Source: Kiritimatiellia bacterium (GTDB taxonomy: Bacteria; Verrucomicrobiota; Kiritimatiellia; RFP12; UBA1067). Taken from it: DNA of 62,796 nt. The first letter of the stretch is position 1. Every line of letters starts with the position of its first letter. The notes under the pieces are model-generated. The model made no database searches. It was not told the DNA's origin and saw nothing but the letters and a program-made list of their open reading frames with translations. Position numbers and translations under genes: made by a program. The stretch lies in contig JAKSOW010000002.1 of assembly GCA_024405395.1 (NCBI GenBank), positions 1 through 62,796 of the forward strand. Direction: 5' to 3'. Of this stretch, positions 1-7,723 are shown piece by piece.

Positions 1-465
1 GGCCGCAACGGCATCGGCATGAAGCACGCGCTCGAGAACCGCATCATCGGCACCAAGAGCCGTGGCGTGTATGAGGCGCCTGGCATGGAAGTGCTGTCCT
101 GGGGCCTCAAGTTCATCTACGAAGGCGTCATGGACCGTCGTTCCGGGCTTCTCTTCCAGCAGCTCTCCAAGCTGGTCGCCGACCAGATCTACGATGGCCG
201 CTGGTACGATCCCGCCACGCAGGCGGCGCGCGCGGCCATCCAGACGTGGGCCGACAAGGCCACCGCCGAGGTGACGCTGGGCCTCTACAAGGGCAACATC
301 TTCTTCGAGTCCCTCAAGGGCCTCAAGGCGACGATCTACAATGAGGCGGACAGCTCGATGGAAGCCTCCAACGGCCTCAACCCGCATTCGTCGCAGGGCT
401 TCGCCGAGATTCAGTCGGTCGAGGCGAAGATGCTCGCCAAGAGCGGACAGATCGTGACGAAGTAA
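1..465 (+). CDS. argG: argininosuccinate synthase, C-terminal fragment (gene begins upstream of window)
   Basis: Frame 1 is open from base 1. The translation ALENRIIGTKSRGVYEAPGMEVL...GRWYDP...TLGLYKGN matches the conserved C-terminal half of E. coli-type ArgG. Stop at 463-465. Confidence 0.9.
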   Translation, partial: GRNGIGMKHALENRIIGTKSRGVYEAPGMEVLSWGLKFIYEGVMDRRSGLLFQQLSKLVADQIYDGRWYDPATQAARAAIQTWADKATAEVTLGLYKGNIFFESLKGLKATIYNEADSSMEASNGLNPHSSQGFAEIQSVEAKMLAKSGQIVTK

Positions 466-479
466 GTCTCGAACGGAAG

Positions 480-516
480 GGGGCCGACCTGGTGGTCGGT
501 CCCTAACTGTTTTTTT
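480..516 (+). terminator. candidate intrinsic terminator after argG
   Basis: 10-bp GC-rich stem (480-489 pairs with 494-503, one G-U), loop TGGT, then a T7 run at 510-516. The 6-nt spacer before the T run is slightly atypical. Confidence 0.55.
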
Positions 517-544
517 GCGTTTAGCAGTTGAAAGGGAAAATCGG

Positions 545-2776
545 ATGGTGAACAGGACTATCATCAGCGCTGCCCTGTGCGCGGCGGCGTTGTCGACGAT
601 GGCGGCTCCTCAGCGGGTGCGGAGCGAAAAGGACGCGGCGGCGCGTGTGGGCATCATTGCGCCCGTTTCGGTAGGCGAGCTGCGTTTGCGCGCGACTTTC
701 GCGAACGCCAGCGTCTATTTCGGCGCGGCGGCGCCGATTGCGGGACTGGTCCTGGAATACCGAGCCGTCGGCGGCGCCTGGCAACAGGCCCGCGAGATGC
801 CCTATTTTCCCGAGACGAAAGACTACCGCGGTTCCATCATGGGGCTGGCCGAGGACACCGATTACGAAATTCGCCTTGTCGCGGACGGCAAGACGATGGC
901 GCAAGGGCGTGTGCGCACGTGGGCCAGCGCGGTGAAAGTCGCCAAGACAGTCTACCTCGATCCCGAGACGGTGACTTTCCCCGTTAAGATCGCCGACAAG
1001 GGTTCGCCTGACGGGTGGATCCGCTATACGACCAAGCCCGGGCAGAAGCTCGTCAACAAGAAGGGGCTTGGCTTTGATGTCGATGGCGCGGAATATGTGC
1101 TTCTGGACGACCTCGTCGTTGAGGGGGCGCCGCAGGCCGGGTGTGTCATCGAGGTGAAGAATTCCAAGGGCGTGCGCATCCGCAACTGCGAAATCACGGG
1201 CTGGGGCCGCACGGGCGAGCCGGACTACACCGAAAAGGCCTTCGGCAAGCGTCGGCAGGCCGGCGCCAAGCGGACCATCAACATGGATGGCGCCATCCAG
1301 ATCCGCCGCGGTTCAAGCGAGGTCGTGGTGGAGCGCTGCTACATCCATGATCCGCTCGGGCGCGCCAACAGCTGGTTCTACTCGCATCCGGCGGGACCAG
1401 AGGCCGTCATCATGTATTCGCCCGATCATTCCACCGTGTTGCGCTGGAACGACTTCGTGGGTTCCGACAACCACCGCTACAACGATGCGGTCGAGGGCGG
1501 CGGCAACTTCTACGAGGACGGCGGATTCAACCGTGACGCCGACGTGTACGGCAATTTCATGATCTTCTGCAACGACGACAACATCGAGCTCGACGGTGGC
1601 CAGCAGAACGTACGCTGCTACGACAACCGCTTCGAGGGCGCAGTCACGGGCGTGTCGATCCAGGGATGCATGGTCAGTCCCTCGTATGTCTACGACAATG
1701 ACTTCACGGGAATGGGGGACGAGTTCTCCGCCCAGTACAACTCCATCAAGACCTCGGGCATTGACCTCTTCGACTATGGGCCTGTGGCCTACGTCTTCCG
1801 GAACACGTTCCGCGGTCCCTGCGCGGCGCTTGAGGTCGGCAAGACCACCGTCAAGTACCATCTCGAGGACAATGTCCTCTACAATGGCGCCGACTATCCC
1901 GGGCTGGGCGCGCATTGCCGGGAGAAGGGCACGGTCAGGCAGGAAAACGCGCCGGCCATCACGCGTCCGGTGCGTCCCATTCCGTTTGTGCTCGACACGG
2001 CCCGCATCGAGGGCGTGAAGGTGGCTGGTGGCGTTGCCGCGCCCGCGACGGCGACGGTCACGCTTACGTGCCCGGGTTCGGGCTATGTGGCGCCGTTCAA
2101 CGTGCGCAAGAACCTTGACATGGACTGGTTTGACGTCTCGCCTGCATCTGGCGTGATTCACTCGGGGGACACCATCACCTTCACGGTGACGTTCCGGAAC
2201 GAGAAGCTGGTCAATCGCCGCCACTTCCGCGGCGCGTTCCTGGTGCGGACGAAGGATGGTCTCTCCCGTCCTGTCTCCGTGTACGCCGAGACGGATCATC
2301 TGCCGCCGTTCAAGGCCGAGAAGTCCGGCGAGTTTGCCGCATACCTGGATCCGTTCAGCCCGGCCAATGCCGACCACGCGCCAATCAAGGTCGTCGACGA
2401 CCCGCTGGGCCAGAACGGCAAGATGATGGTAATCGACAGCAAGCATGCCGCAAAGGGGCTGGACTACACCTTCTCGGTGCCGAAGGATGGGCGCTACTAC
2501 ATCCATATCCATGGTTATGCCGAAGGTCAGGTTCGGATCTACGGCGCCGTGGACGACGACGAAATCGGCAGCGGCAATCAGCTCGCGCAGAAGTTCCCGT
2601 GCTGGACGCCGTTCGCGCCTGGTGGCGGCAAGTTCAAGGATGTGCGCTTCCGCTTCTGGGAACTCAAGGCCGGCACGCATACGGTGCACATCAAGGTGGG
2701 GCCCAGGAACACGCGCAAATTCCATGTGGACGGAATCGTGGTGACGGACGCGCCAGGGTCTTTCGAGCCGCTGTGA
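545..2776 (+). CDS. secreted right-handed parallel beta-helix (pectin-lyase-fold) protein with C-terminal beta-sandwich/CBM-like module
   Basis: ORF 515-2776. The ATG at 545 gives the signal peptide MVNRTIISAALCAAALSTMAAP. Beta-helix-type segments are present (VRIRNCEITGWG, VVVERCYIHD, NIELDGG, NRFEGAVTG). The TTG at 515 lies inside the upstream terminator T-run. Confidence 0.6.
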   Translation: MVNRTIISAALCAAALSTMAAPQRVRSEKDAAARVGIIAPVSVGELRLRATFANASVYFGAAAPIAGLVLEYRAVGGAWQQAREMPYFPETKDYRGSIMGLAEDTDYEIRLVADGKTMAQGRVRTWASAVKVAKTVYLDPETVTFPVKIADKGSPDGWIRYTTKPGQKLVNKKGLGFDVDGAEYVLLDDLVVEGAPQAGCVIEVKNSKGVRIRNCEITGWGRTGEPDYTEKAFGKRRQAGAKRTINMDGAIQIRRGSSEVVVERCYIHDPLGRANSWFYSHPAGPEAVIMYSPDHSTVLRWNDFVGSDNHRYNDAVEGGGNFYEDGGFNRDADVYGNFMIFCNDDNIELDGGQQNVRCYDNRFEGAVTGVSIQGCMVSPSYVYDNDFTGMGDEFSAQYNSIKTSGIDLFDYGPVAYVFRNTFRGPCAALEVGKTTVKYHLEDNVLYNGADYPGLGAHCREKGTVRQENAPAITRPVRPIPFVLDTARIEGVKVAGGVAAPATATVTLTCPGSGYVAPFNVRKNLDMDWFDVSPASGVIHSGDTITFTVTFRNEKLVNRRHFRGAFLVRTKDGLSRPVSVYAETDHLPPFKAEKSGEFAAYLDPFSPANADHAPIKVVDDPLGQNGKMMVIDSKHAAKGLDYTFSVPKDGRYYIHIHGYAEGQVRIYGAVDDDEIGSGNQLAQKFPCWTPFAPGGGKFKDVRFRFWELKAGTHTVHIKVGPRNTRKFHVDGIVVTDAPGSFEPL

Positions 2777-2816
2777 GGGGCTGTCGATCGTAAACGTTCA
2801 TCCCTAAAGGACACTC

Positions 2817-4766
2817 ATGAAAATTGGAATTTCCGCTTTCGCCCTTGTGAATCTCGGGGCTGCGCTGCTGCTGGGGGGCTGCGCCTCCAAGACCGACCCG
2901 GGAATCAAGATCTCGACCTTCGGGTATGATCCGGAAGACGCCACGCGCTTCATCCAGCAGGCATTGGACTCTGGCGCGCCCAAGCTGATTCTCGACAAGC
3001 AGGCCGGCCCCTGGTACACGTTGCCGCTGAAGATGCGCTCCAACACCGAGCTCATCCTCGAGCCGGGGGTGGAGCTTGTGGCCAAGCGCGGCGCCTACAA
3101 GGGCTTGCGCGACTATCTGCTGGAGTTGCCGTATGCCACCAACTGCGTGATTCGCGGTGGCGCCGGATCCACGTTGCGCATGTGGAAGAAGGACTACCAG
3201 GGCCCCGACTACAAACACGGCGAATGGCGCTACGCCCTGCGCATCTACCATTGCGAAAACGTGCTGGTGGAGGGCATCAGCCTCGTGGAGTCGGGCGGCG
3301 ACGGCATTGGCGTGACCGGCCGCAACATCACCATCCGCAATTGCGTGTGCGACCGCAATCACCGGCAGGGCATTTCCGTGTTCAGCGCGGAGAATCTGCT
3401 CATCGAGGATTGTGTGCTGTCCAATACGTCGGGCACGCCGCCGCAGGCCGGCATTGACATCGAGCCTGACAGGAACAAGGAAGTGCTCAAGAATGTCGTG
3501 CTGCGCAATGTGCGCTCCTTCGGCAATGTGGGCAACGGCTTTGAGCTCTACCTCAACAACCTGGATGACACGACGCCGCCGATTTCCGTCCTTTTCGACA
3601 AGTGTGTCTCGGAGGGAAATGCCACGTCCGCCTCGGTGCATGGCGGCAGTTCGCGCGTGGACCACTTCGTGAAGGGCAAGGTCGAATTCACGAACTGCAC
3701 CTTCGAGTCGCCTCGGCGCGCGGGCATCTTTGTGGGCGCAACACCGGCTTCTGCCTATGATGTGCGTTTCGCAAATTGCACCATCTCCAATGCCGTCAAA
3801 GATGTGCGTTTTGCCTCTGCGACCTTGGCACAGGGCCAGCCAGACGGTATCGCGCTTGAGAACCTCCTCGTCTATCAGCCCACAAATCGGCCGTGGTTTG
3901 GGGTGGGAGGGCGAGGCTTAGGCCCCACGCCTACGCGCATTAGCGGTTCTGTGACGGTGGTGAAGCCAGATGGCCGCCGTGAGACTGTGAAACTGGATCA
4001 GGCCTGGGCCAATGCGAACATCCCCGAGGCGAATGGTGGGCGACCCTTGCCGCCGAAGGCGACATTCCCAGAGGCCAAGGATGTCGTTGCGGTCGACGCG
4101 AAGCCCGGACAGACGGTGGCACTGCCGCCGATGACATTCATTGGTGGTGCCCGATTGGTCTTTTGGATGGAAAAGCCGGGGGAGGCAGTCTTCACGGCAC
4201 GGCAGATTTCCGCGGTGAAGGGGCGGCCTGCCGAGACGGTCCCCTATGTCGTCACGAAGCTCAACGCTGGCAGCAAGAAGGGGAAGAGCTGGAAGATCCC
4301 CGCCGTGGGATTTGAATCGCGGGAATTCACCTTCAAGGCACCTTCGGCAGGCTTTTATTCGCTTGAGGTCAAGCGGGGCGGCACGCGGTTTGCGCTGGAG
4401 AAGTCTTCTGTGCCGATCGCCATCAACTTGGCGAACAAGGAGCAGATCGTGGCGGCTCGTGGCGGCAAGCCTTTCTCTCTGTATTTCGACAATCCCGGCG
4501 CAAAACCATTTGTGATGATGGGTGCGGGCGACGACTACTACGTCTTCGGCATGTCGGTGGCCGATCCCTCCGGCAAGGTGTTGGCCCAGCAAGACGTCAT
4601 CGACGGACTCTTCTTCGCGAATGGTGAGGCACAGGCGGCCAAGGGTCTCTGGCGCGTGGATCTTCGGCGCGCCCGCAGGCCGAACTACGACTGGATCACG
4701 CTGGACCTGTACGGCGCGCCCGCGTTCCTGTTCCTCTCGCCCGAGAAGACCTGGCGCCTGCGCTGA
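2817..4766 (+). CDS. lipoprotein with right-handed parallel beta-helix repeats (polysaccharide-active enzyme-like)
   Basis: N-terminus MKIGISAFALVNLGAALLLGGC has a lipobox. NITIRNCVCDRNHRQGISVFSAENLLIEDCVLSNT...GIDIEPD is a classic beta-helix repeat pattern. Confidence 0.6.
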   Translation: MKIGISAFALVNLGAALLLGGCASKTDPGIKISTFGYDPEDATRFIQQALDSGAPKLILDKQAGPWYTLPLKMRSNTELILEPGVELVAKRGAYKGLRDYLLELPYATNCVIRGGAGSTLRMWKKDYQGPDYKHGEWRYALRIYHCENVLVEGISLVESGGDGIGVTGRNITIRNCVCDRNHRQGISVFSAENLLIEDCVLSNTSGTPPQAGIDIEPDRNKEVLKNVVLRNVRSFGNVGNGFELYLNNLDDTTPPISVLFDKCVSEGNATSASVHGGSSRVDHFVKGKVEFTNCTFESPRRAGIFVGATPASAYDVRFANCTISNAVKDVRFASATLAQGQPDGIALENLLVYQPTNRPWFGVGGRGLGPTPTRISGSVTVVKPDGRRETVKLDQAWANANIPEANGGRPLPPKATFPEAKDVVAVDAKPGQTVALPPMTFIGGARLVFWMEKPGEAVFTARQISAVKGRPAETVPYVVTKLNAGSKKGKSWKIPAVGFESREFTFKAPSAGFYSLEVKRGGTRFALEKSSVPIAINLANKEQIVAARGGKPFSLYFDNPGAKPFVMMGAGDDYYVFGMSVADPSGKVLAQQDVIDGLFFANGEAQAAKGLWRVDLRRARRPNYDWITLDLYGAPAFLFLSPEKTWRLR

Positions 4767-4771
4767 GCCGA

Positions 4772-5959
4772 TCAGCGTCCCATGAACTGACCGGCCAGCA
4801 GAAGCGTGTCGGATTTCTCGTCCCAGACGAAATAGAGGAAGGGACGGTTGAGGATGAAGGATTCCCTGGGCATGGCCTGGCGTTCTTCATCCTCTTCGCG
4901 TTCCCGCCAGGAGCGCCGCCTATCCTGTTTGGGCGGAGGCGGCGGTGTGACGCCGGGCGTGAGCGAATAGCCGGTTTCCACGATCTTGATGTAGGCAGCC
5001 TGGACGACTTCGTTGATCTTGAAGTCTTCGCCAATGCGTTGGTAGCCGCTTACCGGCACCTTGAAGACGGCAAGCGAGGAGAGCAGCTCCCAGCGCGAGA
5101 GGTTCTCCATGCGCGGCAGTGCCACCTTGAGCGGCAATACGTCCACCTCGGCGCCACTTTTCGCGCGGAAAAGCGATTTGAGCTCGTCAATGGGGATCTT
5201 CCGTGTAAGGTTGTCGCGGAGGTCGCGGATGGGCGTTCCCGCAGGCGGCAGCAAGTAGAGCATCGACATGCCGGCGGCGGCAAAGGGCACGCGGATGGCG
5301 GTGACATGGTCGTTCTTGACGCGTACGACCTCCTGCAGTTCGCCATGCATCATCGTCAGCTTGGTTGTGCTGCCGTCTTCGCGCGTGAACGTCTCGGACA
5401 CGGAGCGGTCCGGGTCAAAGCCCTTTGCCCAGGCGCCTTCAAAGGCGATGGCATTGAGCAGCAGGACGTCTGTGCGGGGATTGACCTTGTCGATGATCGC
5501 GGCGATGCGACCATCCGTCTTCGCCTCCGTCCAGGCGTTGATGGGTTCCTCATTGATGAGGCTACCGGTTTCGGCCTCGAAATTGCGCTGAAGCGAATGG
5601 CGGTAGTCCAGATCAAGCTTCTTGCGCTGGCGGGTCCAGAGGGAGGGCGCGAACGTGATGTTCACCGCGTTTGAGGCCGAGGCCTCGGCGTAGGATTTGA
5701 ACACATAGGAAAAGGCATTGCCGAAGTCGCTCAAGAGGCCCAGGGCCTCCGCGATGTTGGCCCGATGATTGCCGCCGGTCCCCTCGCCAAGCATTGCCAC
5801 GGAAATGGCGAATCCGATGGGGGAGAACAGCTTGTCCGAGGACTCCGTCAGGGGCACGGCGTGATTCCAGCCGCGAATCTCGAACTCGCTGGGACGCCAA
5901 GCGTCCGCAAGAAGGAGAACTGGTGCCAACACGGCCAGGCTTAACACAGATTTTCTCAT
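4772..5959 (-). CDS. secreted serpin-family protein (395 aa) with atypical reactive-centre loop
   Basis: ATG at 5959. Signal peptide MRKSVLSLAVLAPVLLLADA. Serpin body motifs are present: LLLNAIAFEGAWAKGF, MSMLYLLP, and the C-terminal FILNRPFLYFVWD (F-x-x-x-RPF-L-F signature). The rest of the 906-aa ORF upstream is antisense shadow. Confidence 0.85.
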   Translation of the reverse strand: MRKSVLSLAVLAPVLLLADAWRPSEFEIRGWNHAVPLTESSDKLFSPIGFAISVAMLGEGTGGNHRANIAEALGLLSDFGNAFSYVFKSYAEASASNAVNITFAPSLWTRQRKKLDLDYRHSLQRNFEAETGSLINEEPINAWTEAKTDGRIAAIIDKVNPRTDVLLLNAIAFEGAWAKGFDPDRSVSETFTREDGSTTKLTMMHGELQEVVRVKNDHVTAIRVPFAAAGMSMLYLLPPAGTPIRDLRDNLTRKIPIDELKSLFRAKSGAEVDVLPLKVALPRMENLSRWELLSSLAVFKVPVSGYQRIGEDFKINEVVQAAYIKIVETGYSLTPGVTPPPPPKQDRRRSWREREEDEERQAMPRESFILNRPFLYFVWDEKSDTLLLAGQFMGR

Positions 5960-6039
5960 GGCCAGAATTATACCCGAACCCCCTAGCCTTTGGCAAGGGC
6001 AATTTCCAGAATCGATGATTGAGGAAAAGCGCTTTATGC

Positions 6040-6068
6040 TTGACTTTTGGCCGCATTTGGGGGATAAT
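6040..6068 (+). promoter_or_regulatory. candidate sigma-70 promoter for the 6110 gene
   Basis: TTGACT (6040-6045), 17-nt spacer, GATAAT (6063-6068), about 40 nt upstream of the ATG at 6110, inside a locally AT-rich divergent intergenic region. Confidence 0.45.
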
Positions 6069-6109
6069 CTTAGCTCGTTTCCTAGTGATAACCGAGAAGG
6101 TTCCCAATT

Positions 6110-7678
6110 ATGGCAGAAGAAAACACGGAAAAGAGCGAGGCCCTCGATCTGAGTGGCCTTGGTTCTTTTGATTTCACCCCCGCTTGGGCGAAGGGGCGTC
6201 CTGACGACAAGACGAAGTTCGCGCGTTTCGAAGAACGCGAGGATCGTGGCGATCGCCGTGCCTCGAATGAACGCAGGAGCTTTGGCGAGCGCAAGTCTTT
6301 CGGCGACCGCAAGCCGGCTGGCGAGCGCAAGGGGTTTGGCGAGCGTCGCCCGTTTGGGGATCGCAAGGGAACGGGCGAAAACCGCGGTGCCGGAGAACGC
6401 CGTTTCGGTGATCGCGGTCCGCGTCGGGATGATCGTCCCTCGCGTGAGTTCGTGAAGCCGCTTGATGTGGATGTGCGCATTCTGCCGAGCCAGAAGGAGT
6501 TGGGGCCGATCATCCGCCAGCTTCAGACGAAGCACACGGCCTATGCGCTCAAGCAGCTCGCCTATCTTTTCCTGGAGAATCCGCAGGCGTGCATGCTGCG
6601 CGTTTCCTCCAAGAAGGATGCCGCTGAGCCCATTCTGTTCCATCAGTGCAAGGCCTGCGGTTTTGTGGCGCTTTCCGCCGATGAGCTTTCCGCCCATGTT
6701 CTGGCCGAGCACATCGGCGACTACTATGACACCGAGACGATCGACTGCGAGCCGCCGAAGGGCTCCTTCAACTGCGTTGCCAAGTGCGGTGTCACCGGCG
6801 TGCTGCTCGGGCCGCCCAACCTTCATGGCTATGACGCCCGCGTGCGGGAGGTGCTGCGTGAGCGGTGCCCCGGAATGCCGGAAGGCGCCTATCGCGCCCG
6901 CATCGAAATGGTGCGCGATCCGGAAACCGTCGAGCAGTGGCGCGCCTCGGCCACGAAGAAGACCGTCTTCAAGCGCAAGGGCGAAGAGGCCGCGATTGAG
7001 CGCGAGGCGGCGGAGATGGAGTTCCGCCGCACGATTCTGCCCGGGTTGATGACCACGGCGAAGTCGGTCGACTTCACCGCCGAAGTGGCTCTCAAGTCGC
7101 CTTGCCGTGCCCTCGTCTTCGCGTGCCGCGATGCGCTCAACAAGGAAAAGCGCTTCCCGGCGTCGCTGTTCTACGCGCTGCGGGGCGCGTTCCACCACCG
7201 CAAGCTTGAGTTCTTCCGCGCCAATGATCCGCGCGGCCCCGAATTTGTGGTCGCGCAGAAGTTCCAGCCGCTGGATGTCGAGCATGCGATTCCAGAACTC
7301 GGCGCGCTCGTGAAGTATGTCTCCGAACATCCGTGCACGACCCAGGCCCAGTTGGTCGCGGCGCTTTCCGCCGGCGATGCCGCCAAGGCCGAGGAGTGCA
7401 AGAAAACGCTCGCATGGCTTATTGAAAAGGGGCACCTCGTAGGCTATTTCAATGGTGTTCTGGCCATACCCGCCGACCACCCGAAGTATCACCCGCCCAA
7501 GAAGGTGGAGGGCTCCAAAGCCGCCAAGGCGGAAGAGGTTGCACCCGCGGCCGAACCTGCTCCCGCCGTTGAAGCGGAAGCTGTGCCTGTTGCGGAGCCC
7601 GCTCCTGCGGCTGAACCTGCTCCTGCCGTTGAGGCGGAAGCGGCGCCTGCGGCCGAACCTGCTCCCACGGATGCTTAA
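6110..7678 (+). CDS. hypothetical cytoplasmic protein: N-terminal basic hexapeptide repeats, central C2H2-like zinc-finger motif, C-terminal Pro/Ala/Glu repeats
   Basis: 522-aa ORF with coding-like composition. It has (R/K)(R/K)xFG(E/D) x8, then FHQCKACGFVALSADELSAHVLAEH (C-x2-C-x12-H-x4-H), then an AEPAPAVEAEA repeat tail. No signal peptide. Confidence 0.75.
   Translation: MAEENTEKSEALDLSGLGSFDFTPAWAKGRPDDKTKFARFEEREDRGDRRASNERRSFGERKSFGDRKPAGERKGFGERRPFGDRKGTGENRGAGERRFGDRGPRRDDRPSREFVKPLDVDVRILPSQKELGPIIRQLQTKHTAYALKQLAYLFLENPQACMLRVSSKKDAAEPILFHQCKACGFVALSADELSAHVLAEHIGDYYDTETIDCEPPKGSFNCVAKCGVTGVLLGPPNLHGYDARVREVLRERCPGMPEGAYRARIEMVRDPETVEQWRASATKKTVFKRKGEEAAIEREAAEMEFRRTILPGLMTTAKSVDFTAEVALKSPCRALVFACRDALNKEKRFPASLFYALRGAFHHRKLEFFRANDPRGPEFVVAQKFQPLDVEHAIPELGALVKYVSEHPCTTQAQLVAALSAGDAAKAEECKKTLAWLIEKGHLVGYFNGVLAIPADHPKYHPPKKVEGSKAAKAEEVAPAAEPAPAVEAEAVPVAEPAPAAEPAPAVEAEAAPAAEPAPTDA
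6254..6415 (+). repeat. in-frame 18-nt tandem repeat (about 8-9 units) encoding RRSFGE/RKSFGD/RKPAGE/RKGFGE/RRPFGD/RKGTGE/NRGAGE/RRFGDR
   Basis: Periodicity is directly visible in the protein (aa 49-102) and in the DNA (ggcgagcgcaag / ggcgaccgcaag units). Confidence 0.8.
7540..7675 (+). repeat. in-frame roughly 60-nt tandem duplication encoding AEPAPAVEAEA(V/A)P(V/A)AEPAPA
   Basis: gccgaacctgctcccgccgttgaagcggaagc... recurs as gctgaacctgctcctgccgttgaggcggaagc... Confidence 0.7.
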
Positions 7679-7723
7679 CCCCCATAACCTTTTAACCTTC
7701 TAATAACATCCCACTCTCCAGCA

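Noticed and set aside
4772-7492. 906-aa minus-strand ORF
   Set aside because: Only the 3' 1188 nt (4772-5959) encode the serpin, starting at a Met followed by a signal peptide. The upstream 510 codons are Arg/Leu/Gly-rich antisense shadow of the + strand gene 6110-7678 and cross a promoter-bearing AT-rich gap.
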